The notes beneath the pieces are model-generated. The model saw only the letters and a program-made list of their open reading frames with translations, made no database searches and was not told the DNA's origin. DNA of 62,560 bases, filler included, from Sphacelaria rigidula (taxonomy: Eukaryota), in assembly GCA_964200075.2 (NCBI GenBank). It is 4 parts of 4 records of this genome, joined end to end, with 100 filler letters (N's around TTAATTAATTAA, not from the genome) between each part and the next. Parts side by side here need not be neighbours in the genome. Positions count along the whole stretch, not along the records: positions 46,997 to 62,560 come from CAXNAA020001698.1; 3 more parts are not named here. One strand, written 5' to 3'. The translations under genes and the position numbers were made by a program. Shown in pieces: positions 49,042-60,255 of this stretch; the first letter of the stretch is position 1, and each line of letters starts with the position of its first letter.

Positions 49042-50475
49042 TATAAACTGACATCATTCAGTCAACGTGGCATACACTGTCTGCACGATAGACCAATACG
49101 TCGTGAAAGCCAGCTGTTTCATGATTATGTCAAACCATTGGTCTATCGTAGCCGGCTGCTGCCCCCTGAAATCCAATGTCAAGACGAGCTCATCCGCAAT
49201 CCTCAGCCTTTGTCACCCGATGATCTCTCAACGTGTACAAAAGCAGACCGAGACCGGGCAGGATCCAAACACCTCACAATGTGTAGGGCATGCCTCGGAT
49301 TACCCTCCTTCGGAGTGCCGCGCCGTGGTTCGCTTCGAGCGCGTGTGTGAAGCGGCGTGCTCTCAAAATATATAGGATTTGTTCAGTGAGTGTGCGTGCT
49401 CTGCAAAAGACGAACAGTGAGTGCATCGTCTTGTGTGTGTGTGTTGTCGTAAGTACACACAGCCATGGTGGGAGCAGAGCGGGGTTCTCAGCCTACACAC
49501 AAAGCGAGAGAATTTTCCGGACAATATATCAGACGGGTTGAGCCACGTGTACTATCGTTCATGGCCAAAGAGTGGCGATCTCCCATCGGATAACGCCGAT
49601 TTCGAGGCATTTTCGAAACAACCCCACGCTATCCAATTCTTAGCGCCGTTTTGAAAACCTCAAAGAGAAAGTTAAACCAAGTGTCCCCGCAGGGCAGCCC
49701 GACGCCGTCAGTGCCCGTAGCTCTTTTCTTTCGCTCTCTCATGCGTTCATTGAGGGTCCTCCGAATCTAGCAAGATCTAAAACCCCAGGAAATCGTTCAA
49801 CTTGCCGAAAAAAGAAACGGAATAGACTCTGACGAGGTCGGGGTTCCTCGAGGAACACGCTCGTATAATTATTCGAATAATGAAAAATGGCGTGGTCAAA
49901 ATACGGCCTTTTTTTGTGTTGCTTTTGTGGGTCAGTTTGCAGTCTTGGCCATCCGGCTGTAATGCTTTGCGATATAATCTACCGAGACGAACTTCTCAGG
50001 GAGTCCAGACTTACGAGTGAATTGCACGAATCATTTGACGGCCATTGATTGCAGTCGTACGATCTCAAGGTGACTTGCGCTGCACTCGCGTTTCGTAAAG
50101 GTTCCACGAGTCGGACGAATCAATGATTCGTCTGGAAATCACTTGATTTTAGTGTGATTGATTCGTACCGTACGAATCAATCCTTGGGCTTCGTTTTCAG
50201 CGTTGCAACCCAGGTGCGCGCAGCCCGGGCAAGCGGAAATGGCGCACAAGTTGTGTGGGAACCTTTTTGACCGTCGGTGGACTTTTTTCTCTCTTTCGAG
50301 CAATCAGGCCTGAACAAATCGTGAATTTGATGATTCGAACCGGAGATGATTCGTCCGAACCGTGGGAGGTTCTGACCTCCGTATACAGGTGCTTCGTCTG
50401 TCGTTCACCATCGTTGCTGCCCAATCTAGTCAACCTTACGCAAGTCGTGGCAATCCACGCTATCGTAGGGCGATA

Positions 50476-53400
50476 ATGCATGAAAGCAAACCCTCAAGCG
50501 CAACTCAGCTACTGAGTCGCTCGCTGCGATTATTGACCATTGCACGAGGTATCCGCACGTCCCCCCCCTAATCCCGTAATCCTGACCCGGCCTCTATACC
50601 TATCCTCAAGGTTTGTTGAGCTTACGCCGTGTTGCCCTATTACATTCTTTTGCCCACGCTCACCTCGTACGCCTTGCCCCGCGAGCAGACACCGTGAATA
50701 TCATGCACACGCAAATAGACCTTCTGAGGCAAACCGTGCTCGACCAACGGAAAGATGCCACCAGACGGAGTAGTCATGAGCAAGGAGAACTGGAAGTTCT
50801 GAGGAAGAAACTCGGCGAGCTCGAGGAGCTCTCACGCATGCGTCTGGATGTGGCGGAAAGCAGGATGCTAGCGCTTGAGAAACAAAGGACCGTCTCGGTG
50901 AGGTTCATTATTGGCGTAGGCCGGATGGTCGCGACAAATGAAGGTTGGATAAGGCAGGATAGTTCCGTACCAAGGGTAAGTGAATGTGGCCCATTGTAGG
51001 TGATGGGGACGGTTTTGGAAACTGTCCACCGGCTTTCCATATTTCTCGGTGGAAATTGAAAGTAGAAACAGCTTCATGATAAAGGATTTCGATCCACGTG
51101 CTATATCTCACATTCCATCTCACGGTAACATAGCTGCAGCGCAAGCGCTGAACATTATGACGGCCATCTTCAAGGACGGCGAAAGCGTCTCTCCAGTACG
51201 CGCCCCGATAGTGTAATTGGTACAACTACAGTAAAACCTCTTGCGGCGGAGTATTCATGGTCCTTATGCCGCCAGATGCGGATCTTTCCGCGAAGTATCT
51301 CGCTTTCCATCGTTGAGGGCGTCACGGTGTAAGCGGGAAAGGAGTATGATTCGATAAAGTCATCACGGTGCGGGGGTGCTATCCGCGGTACCGAAATGTA
51401 AGGCGCGTATCAGGGGAGAGAGGACCTGATTGCTTGAGACTTCGGGCTCATCCCTCGGAATAGGGGAAAAGCCTTCGGTCCTGGTGTGTGCACTGTCGGG
51501 ACTGTGCGTGCGCTCGAGCTACATTGAACAGAGAGCAATACTGATTTTCGATAGAACATGTTTTTCCATGCCAGAAATAGACGCTTGCAGTTCGTTGGGA
51601 AAATATAAGTTGTGCGACTTTCCAGAGAAGAAATATACATGGAAAAAGTGCGTGAAAAATGTGCAAAGTGGGAGACGGGACACCGGTTTCTGTCGTGTAG
51701 GGCGGACCTTGATATTCGTTCAGATACACACCCTCTTGTCGAGGCTTGCCAACAACTGCGATGGAGTGCAGGAAACGACGGAAGCTCAAATCTCACGCCT
51801 CTTCCGGCAGGCCATGTATTGATCGCATGACATTATCTTACGCCGCCCGCACCGAACTAATAATCCCGCACGACATGCGTCGAACCGTGGATCGTGCTAT
51901 ATGCACACATGAGCTGTGGGTAGCCCGTGCGACAGTTCACAGACGACGTGCCTCCGAAGAAAATCACCCACTGAAGACACGAGCCGAGCATGCACTCGGC
52001 TACCAACCGCACACCTTATCGTCATCCTCGGACGGTGTCATCCGCAACTTCCCACCGACGATCATGGACAACCGTGACTTTCTGACACAAACAGGACGGG
52101 ATGACAGAGTATCTGGACCGTATCGAAAGCATCGAGGCCGCCGTTTGGGGCGCGGCCGCCAGGAAAGGCGGTGACTCAAACATTAGGAGCAACGGCAGCG
52201 ACCCCTTTTCCCAGGTCGATCCTGATGAGGTCGCAGAAGCGCCTCCTGTTGTTGAGGGGGATGACGAGGGCTCCGACAAAGAGGGGTCACCTACAGGTCA
52301 GGTGAAGGGGTCCGCAGGCGACGATGCGGACCACGATGCGAGCGATGACGAACGTCAAAGCCGAGGCGTTAAGCGAAACAGAGTTGAGAGTGCGGACATG
52401 GTCGCTGCGGTTCCTCAGAAAGGCGCTGGGGTACTTTCCAAAATCAGCAATGTGGAGAACCAGGTGGGATTTTAGGGACAGTAGCGTCGACCCTCTTGCA
52501 GCTTGGCGTGCAAAGTGTCTGGTGGAGCAAGAGCGACTGAAGGACATATATACATCAGGATAAGCCGATCGTACCCATCATAAACAGCACTGCCCCGACG
52601 CCCGACCAAACTTGTCAGCACTTCTCTCCGACTCACGCACTTGTTGGCAGATCCACTCCTCCCGGGATTTTCTCGACTGTATGCCGATCGAGCGCCAACG
52701 TGAGCCAAAAGGTTCAGGCAAGTCTAGCACTGTTGACCATCTTCCCTATTTACCCATCCCCTTACCACCCGTCAACATCGCCCCCGTATATCCTTGTCTG
52801 TTGGTTTAAAATAATCCGGCTAACCGACGATGAAGGTGGCCGACATGATGAAGCACGGCGGAGCGGCACAACTCGCCGCCCGCGTAGCTGCCCTCGAGCA
52901 AGAGCGATCGGATGCGGCGGCCGCCTTCGAGCAGGCAGCTGCCAATCAGAGGCGCGCTTTGCTCCATCGAGTCCTGCGCCGAACGGTGATCTTACGATCC
53001 GTTCTCGTTGCAAAAGGTCTGGTGGACCTACCTGAGTCGAGAGAAATCGAGGAAAAACCGGAGAAGGAGAGGTGTTGGGCTGATACCCCAGGTGCTACCC
53101 CAGAAGCTGTGGATGACGATACGTTGGGAGATGACGAGACTCTGTTTGACAAGGCGCGGGAGAGGTGCGACTGGGTAGAACGTTACACATGAAGCTCTGG
53201 TTTAGGGTGCGCACGTTTGCGGATTGCCCTTGGTGCCTGGGTATCGTGTGGGTACGGGGTCTCCCGGAACTACGGCGGGAATCGTATAACTTGCTTACAC
53301 GGTGACAAATTGATGATCACTTGAACTCTTTCAATCCGATCACAGGTGGTATTTATATCACGCCGGGTTGCTGCTCATTATTTAGAGTCGCAAATATATG

Positions 53401-56400
53401 TTGCAATCCGCCTGTCGTTTTTTCTCAACCCCCTCTTCTCCTTGCCCCTGCCCATCAAACTGGCATAGGCTTGCGTGGATCGAGGTCCACACGGCAGAAG
53501 AGGCGCCCAACAGTAGTAGCGACCAACACGTCGACGCCACCAGAATCGAAGAAGGCCGTGCTGAAAACGATGACCTATCCGATGACGAGGCGACCAAGCG
53601 ACGGAAACTTGTGACCCTAGACGACGATGGGGCCACAGTTGGTGAGACGCTAACGCTGCCCGACGGGTCGTCACTCGCTGCGGGATCAGCAAATCTTGCG
53701 GAGCACAGGGGGCGGGGTGAAGGCTGGTTCTCGGCGGAGTGCGTGCAAGGACCGAGGAGGGTAGAAGAGGATGAAGTGGAAAGGCTGGCACGTCGAGTAG
53801 AAGAAGCAGAGGAACGCCTCTACCGGACAGCGGACATTCACCGACGGCGTTCACAGGTATTGCGCATGGGATACGCTTGCACGTGTGTGCTGGATGTGTG
53901 CTGGGCATCTACAGTATCTATGATGGTATGGCCCAACATGAGTATATTGCGGCCGTTTCTTCTCCCCTCGATTTTACCTCTGTCTTGACGTAATTGAAGG
54001 CGCGCAACAAGTTTTGCCTTCCAAGCACGTGTAAAGCATACTTCAGCTGATTGACATTCATATGTCTCAATGTTACTTCCGATACGGTCGACTCGGACAC
54101 GTGTCAGCACTGTGTCTGCGATCGGAAACCGCTCGCAAACGGATGAATACTGAAAACTATGATAAGCCTCTGCCCTCATGCTGCAGCTTTTGCAGATGAT
54201 CAACCGCAGCGAAGGCCCTGACGAGATCCCTACCGCGAAGCAGCAGCGTTTATCAAACGCATTGTCCTCTTTAAAAGCAGCTACGTTCCCCCTTTCGTGT
54301 ACCATTTTCGTGCCATCCGCACAGCAGACCGACAACGCCCCACTAGCAACAGCCGCCCTGGAATCGCGCCTCCAACATGTCCAGGCGTCTTTCGATCGCT
54401 CCTCCTCGACTCTGCTCACCCAACTAGACGAGGGTCTCGCCCGTCTCTCGGGCCGCATCGAAGTCCTCGAAAGTGGCCTCTCAGACGAAGAACGTGCAGC
54501 GGCGGAAATCACGGCCGCCACTCGAGCTTCACCAAATAGCGAAGAACTTCCTACAGTGCGACGCCGACTAGAGAACGTCGCAGACCGGGTTTCGGTGTTA
54601 GAAGCAGCATCCTTAGCAGAATTAGATGCAGCGGGCCAACAACAACCAGAGCGATCCTTCAGCGTGCAGAAAGCGGCGACGGAAGCGATGGTTGCCTCAG
54701 CGGCGGCACAAGCCGCTAAGAACGCCGCCGATCAGGCGCTCGCAGAGGCGGCGGACCAACTAGGGGTGCAGATAGAAGGACGGCTTCTGACCGAGCTGTC
54801 GGCGATGGAGGAGAGGGTGGATCGACGCTCGCGCGATGATGCTAGGCGCGCAAGGGAGGAGAAGGAGGTATCGGAGACTCGATCTTCGATACGGCGAGTG
54901 TCGACGACGATTTCGGCGTACACCGCAGATCTTGCGGCGCGGATTGATGGGTTAGTATTGGATCAGGAGAAAACGGAGACGGACGTTGTGCGGGCTACGG
55001 GGGAGATTGCGGCTACCGAAGATGGGTTGAAGAAGATAGGGGAGGAGCTTCTCGGACTTGGTCAGCTAACGAACAATGTACGCGGTGTCGCGCCCGAGAA
55101 ACTTGTGTGCGATGCGTTGAATTGGTCGTTCCGGCTTTAGTGTTTGTATGAGTGCGTATCAGAACAAAATTACCCTTACCTGGAATGTGGTCAAATGCTA
55201 GGAATACACACCCCTCTCGCCGTGTTGATGCAATGATCTGTTCGGTAGGAGTGGAACTCTCAGAATACATGCATCGTTTGTTCTACCCCTTGATTGGAAC
55301 AGGGCTGTAGTTTATTACTGAGACCCATGTGCAGTACCAATGCGTCTCTCTCTATGATTTGGACTCTACTGATTGACACCGGTGCTACCGTAGAAAGACA
55401 CACTGGCTGCTTTGCGGACGAAGAAATACACCAAGTCTGTCACCATCAACCCAACGCTTGCGAGTGCAGGTTTCTATGGTGGTTGAAGGGAAGGCCGATC
55501 AGATGGAAATAGACACTCTGAAGCAGGCAATGCTGCGGATGGACGCAGCCGTCACCAAGAACCGGGGCGTGCAGGCTGCTCGGCAGTCGGAGGCGATCGG
55601 CGCGCTGCAGGTGGCGCTCAAGGAAGTGTCGTCTACCATGGACGGAAATATTAGGAAGCTCCAGCAGGTTCGCTCTCTCGGGTTTTCATTCGACCGCTCA
55701 CCTGTTTTGTCCCTCATTTGACGTGGTGCCGGCTGCGTGGCAACGCATCACCCGTGATACGACCATTTTCCTTTCACGATAACCTCGGGGAACAACTGTT
55801 GTGGTCCGTGGTGGGACAAATGTTGTGGTCCGTGACGTTGAGCCGCCCGCGCTGGCACAACAGCAGCAGCAGCAGCCCACGATGGATCCAAGTAGAAGTT
55901 GTCGAAGGACTGGTCCACCTCGCCCCTGACCACAGATGAAGGCGGAGGGTGTGTGTGCTCATTATCTTGCATGGCGTGGTCATATGACCATTGACTTCTC
56001 ATCCCTATGAAGCCGGGACGGGGCGCGCCGGGTTTTTGTCGGACCAGGCTTGCCATCAATCACCAAGCGCGAAGCGCCGTGATGCGTTCGGCGAGTCGCA
56101 TGAAGGGTGACCTGCATCCTGCCAAGATTGTTCGGCCCAAAGCGTACTACTTATCTTGCATATGGACAGCCTCGCATGAGCTGCTTCATCTCCAGGTTTC
56201 GCCAGTTCCAGAGACGGCTAGGGGTTACGCTGCTCTATGGGTGTCTCAACATTCAAACACTGCGTAGAGCGATCATCCCCTCTGCCCAGAGTTGAGGTTT
56301 TCCACCCCCCACAATATGATCTAATTCGACCACCATCATGGTTTCCGCAAAAAACACAAGCCGGAAAAAAACGGTAACCCTGGCTGCCTAGCTTACGCAG

Positions 56401-59400
56401 TGAGTGGCGTGTTTTACGGCGTCATCGCCAAGCGACGCCAAACTTCGAAGGGGGGGGGGGAGGGGGGGGGGGAGCAACACGGAAACTCAGTTCCATGCCT
56501 TGACCTATCGGCTGATGGCTTGTTTCATTGGCTTGCAGCTTCAGCGATGCTCCCAAGCTGTGTTTCCAATTCATGTTCTGCGTTGTTTCCGTGGTTCCGT
56601 CCTCTTCCTCGCCCTACCTTATACTCATTTCTTTTTTTTTACCTCCCTTCCTTCTCTTTCTCTCTTCTTCAATTCATCTTAGTGTTTTGCTTTTCTCTTC
56701 TGCGGAGCCGACGGGTGAGATATCCTGCCAAACTAGTGTGGCCCCCACATAGCTGGGTCGCAACCTGCTTCTGCGGCCATTTTGATGTACTCTCTCCTTA
56801 CCCCTCAAGTCATGCGGCGGTGGCCTACCGAGGTTTGTTTTTCTCGGGATCGGTATTAGTACTTCGCCTGGCGTTTTTATTTTTACTTTCCTTCAGCTTC
56901 CTTTCATTTCCTTCTGTCCTTGCCTACCTGCCTTACTGTGTCACTTTTCTCCCTCATGCTTTTCGTTTTCTCACTCCTCGAGTGTCCTTCGGCGACTCTC
57001 TCAGCTTGCTTACCTTGAACACGTCTATCGATTGTGCATCGTGTGACAATCAAGTGAGTCAACGAATCGATTATCCCTAATTCTTCGTTAGAGTCAATCC
57101 CCGGCCATTTTTTTTTCCAATGTGTTGCTCCTCGAGTATAAATATCCAAGGTTGTGTTCTGCAGGGTACGGGTATGCTCGGTAGGGTATGAGATTTCTCA
57201 CATAACTTGAAGAACTGTCGGGTACCTACATAGATATCTTATAGACCTCACAGAACCTGTCGGGTACGGTATGGAGATTGTGCAGAAAGCCGTACCCGCA
57301 ACCGGGTATTTCTACAAGGGTATACCCGTGCCACGGGTAAGGGTAAACGTTTACGCAGATCGTGCAGAATTGTGGGGTTACAGTATGAGAGGCTTGCAGA
57401 ACTTTCAGAACTGTCAGGTACGTGTATGGGAAGCTTACAGGACTTACAAAAATCGTGCCCCACAGAACAACACAACCTTGAAATATTCCAGAATCTTGCT
57501 TGGATGCATCATGGTGTTCGCGCATACTTGGGTTTGGGCTTCGTTCTGGTATTTTCTTTCCTCCTAGGACTCCCCTGAGGACGGTTAAAGAGGGAGAAAT
57601 TTCCAAGGTTGTCTTCTGTAGGGCACGGGTACGCTCGGTAGGGTATGAGATTTCTTGCAGAACTCACAGAACTGTCGGGTACCGGTATGAGAGGCTACAG
57701 AATTCACGGAACTGTCGGGTACGGGTAGTACCCGGGTAAAAATCCCGGGTATATAAAAAAATCGTACCATACAGAACATAACCTTGAAATATCGAGCACA
57801 AACTGACTCCAGTACATGCAATTTTCGACGAAACATTCCAACAACACCAATTTCGCCTGTCACGATTCGGTATTCTCCCCAGACAATCGAGGACAGCATG
57901 TCCATCGCACTGTCATACCAAGTAGGATGCGGCTTGAACCTTCTTGTTTGAACCTTTTAGACCCATCCGCTTGGCAATCATTTGTATCAAGTTCCTGACG
58001 CTACCCCCGTACAATCAGTCATCGCGGGTGTTGGAATCAAACGTTATCCCGTTTGCCGCAGAGAGACCCCACCCTTGGATATTTTGCAGCCTCGCTCACT
58101 AACTTGGGACCTCTAGTGGGACCTCTAATCCTCTACTACGCGTGCGACTGGCGATTCATCTGCAGTCACAACAGGCCGCAGGGAGCATGAAGGTTAAACC
58201 ACTCATTGACAAGGTTGTGGCGGAACTCAATGCCGCGGGTCTGCTGCCAGATCCTGAAGCTAACAAGGGGGCAGTCGGGCGGACGCAATGTCTGTCGTGT
58301 AGCCGGCCCTTAACCGTCGCCAGCGATGTCAGCAGGTCAGTTGAAAATGTCAAGTGCTCTTGGTATGAACTCGATGACATACGCAGCTCGTCTAGAGTTG
58401 GTGAGTGTCGTTTGTCGTATTGTCAGCTGACACAACTGTAAATATCTCGCTCCATCGTGATCCGCATATAATATATATATACAGTATTCATCCTACGTTT
58501 GCTGTATGACTCAGATACTTGATACGGCGTCATGTATACATGTTGATTTCGTCGTTCATTTTCCTACATGTTTTGGTCAGACGTTTCGATGAGGAACGTC
58601 CGGTCGTTGTCTCGAATCTACCAGGAGTTCCCGTACGCGCCGTGTCGAGGACGGTGGGGGTGGCGGCGGCGAGTCGTCGCTAACCCCCCAAAACGACAGA
58701 ACGACAACGGTGGTTTTGATTATTCAGCCAGTATACTGCAGCATGAAGCACTTGTATCGATGACTGAGTTTTTTTCCCCTCCATCGTACGCATAACAGGA
58801 TAAGAACAACACCAACAAGGACGATGCCTGATAAAAGCTGCTCACCCAAGTTTCCATTGCTCATGCACGCGGCTTGTTGGTACTCGATGCTCCGTTGCGG
58901 ACTACGAGATAGTCTCTCTCGCGTTGATACACGTTAGTTGCCGACGAGTACCACATCGCCTACGAACGGCTGCGGCTGATTTGACACGTTATCCTGATGG
59001 ATCTATCGATGGCGGACGGAAGCTGCGTGAGAAAATTTGTGGTCGCCTGCCGTGTGCTACGTACAGTTACCGGGGCATCTGACACTATCCTCTTGAGTGC
59101 CAGCGCATTCACGAATGATTTCCAACGGATGGCTTTTCGGTTCGATCGGTTGATGAAACGAAGCGGTGCGATTACATCCGACATCAACTCGTTTATGACG
59201 AATATGCAGACCTAAAACGTGTGACCAGTGCCTTGCCTACGGAGACATATCTCCTTGAGACCCGACGCACGGGCAGGGAGAGGTTAAGTGAGCTACCCGA
59301 TTTTGGGAAGCCCATGATTATTCTCCCCCATACGGTATGAAGCATACATAAGGTTCACCCACAAACGAATTTGGTGGACAAGCCGACGTTGAGTCAGGAT

Positions 59401-60255
59401 ATTGAATGTGGTATAATTCGGTGTGGGTGACGAACGAAGCGTAACGGGCGAAATGAACGCAGCCCGCACCAGGATTCCATGTGCGTTAACACACATTTTG
59501 CTTTGAGAGTCATGAGGCTTGGCAACCATAGAAACGGTGGGTGGAGGGGGGGGGAGGGAAGCGTGTACTGCACTCTGTGGTGCGGTGGACAACACAACTA
59601 TTGCTGCGATACTTTAGAGCGCAATGCAAACACGAACGAGTGCGTTCACCGGATGGGCTGTGACTCATATCTGTGCGTGCTTTTCGATTGACTGGTCGTT
59701 TTTTATCGTCCCTACAGGTTTAGCTCGCACATGCAGGTTGCAGGCGCACGAATGTCGACAGCACCGGGCGCACCAACACGCCCACCCCACAATTTACACG
59801 TCCACCAACCTCCAGTAGTGTGGCGAGGGGGGTTTCGAATGCCGCCCAAGAGACTTCCATTGCAACAGCATCAACATCAACAGCATCAACCTCAGTTCTT
59901 CTCCTACGCGGGCAGCGTGACTGGGGCCTCACCTGGAGGGCGCGTGGACGGTGTAGCCTACGACAGCCGGCGAAATGATGGAGGATCTCATGTTTCGCCT
60001 GCTACCCCCTTACCTAACGACATCCAGAACCTGGCTGACGTGAAAGCCAGCGAAGCTCCTGACGGTCAAGATACCAGAGTGTTGTCCGGGATCCCGCAAA
60101 TGCTCGATGGTGGTGGGGGGGGAGCGACGAGGGGGGCGAATGAAGACGAGGCAGGTGGGAACAGAGGCGCAGGGCATCTGAGGAGGGCTGCATCGGACGC
60201 CCCGTACAGAGGAAGGTTTATACGGGACGGGCGATCGCGCGGAAGGAGGGTATAG
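50476..60255 (+). CDS. Multi-exon gene for a long coiled-coil protein with a C-terminal CLSCxRP motif (QRICH2/C16orf96/DUF4795-like architecture)
   Basis: Phase-consistent GT-AG exons: 50476-50548, 50689-50897, 52095-52463, 52836-53164, 53469-53856, 54325-55077, 55470-55667, 58175-58335, possibly 58625-58709, and a last exon 59718/59737-60255. Heptad-like E/L/A/R-rich segments; TQCLSCSRPL; RGGFRMP. Confidence 0.82.
50689..50897 (+). CDS. Coiled-coil gene, exon 2
   Basis: GCAG|AC acceptor, |GTGAGG donor; LEVLRKKLGELEELSRMRL. Confidence 0.8.
52095..52463 (+). CDS. Coiled-coil gene, internal exon
   Basis: AACAG|GAC acceptor, CAG|GTGGGA donor, 123 codons. Confidence 0.78.
52836..53164 (+). CDS. 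Coiled-coil gene, internal exon
   Basis: QLAARVAALEQER; its phase-2 donor AG|GTGCGA matches the next acceptor. Confidence 0.78.
53469..53856 (+). CDS. Coiled-coil gene, internal exon
   Basis: CATAG|G acceptor, CAG|GTATTG donor; EVERLARRVEEAEERL. Confidence 0.8.
54325..55077 (+). CDS. Coiled-coil gene, large exon
   Basis: GCACAG| acceptor, |GTACGC donor, 251 codons of heptad-rich sequence. Confidence 0.83.
55470..55667 (+). CDS. Coiled-coil gene, internal exon
   Basis: TGCAG|GTT acceptor, CAG|GTTCGC donor; VEGKADQMEIDTLK. Confidence 0.8.
56060..56220 (+). repeat. Dispersed repeat, intronic copy of 31352-31520
   Basis: Direct sequence similarity to 31352-31520. Confidence 0.85.
57147..57786. 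mobile_element. Two tandem P-element-like MITEs (57147-57480 and 57604-57786), intronic
   Basis: Each has CAAGGTTG... / ...AACCTTG termini and internal AGAACTGTCGGGTAC repeats; both outer flanks are AAATATC. Confidence 0.8.
58175..58335 (+). CDS. Coiled-coil gene, exon with the CLSCSRP motif
   Basis: CAACAG|GCC acceptor, AG|GTCAGT donor. Confidence 0.82.
59718..60255 (+). CDS. Coiled-coil gene, last exon
   Basis: Pyrimidine tract with CCTACAG acceptor; VVWRGGFRMPPK; Gln/His run; TAG stop. Confidence 0.72.

Noticed and set aside
53838..54521. 227-aa minus-strand ORF
   Set aside because: Antisense shadow of the plus-strand coiled-coil exon
56400..57080. 226-aa hydrophobic Phe/Leu/Ser-rich ORF resembling a membrane protein
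   Set aside because: Arises from pyrimidine-rich intronic repeat sequence; no motif support
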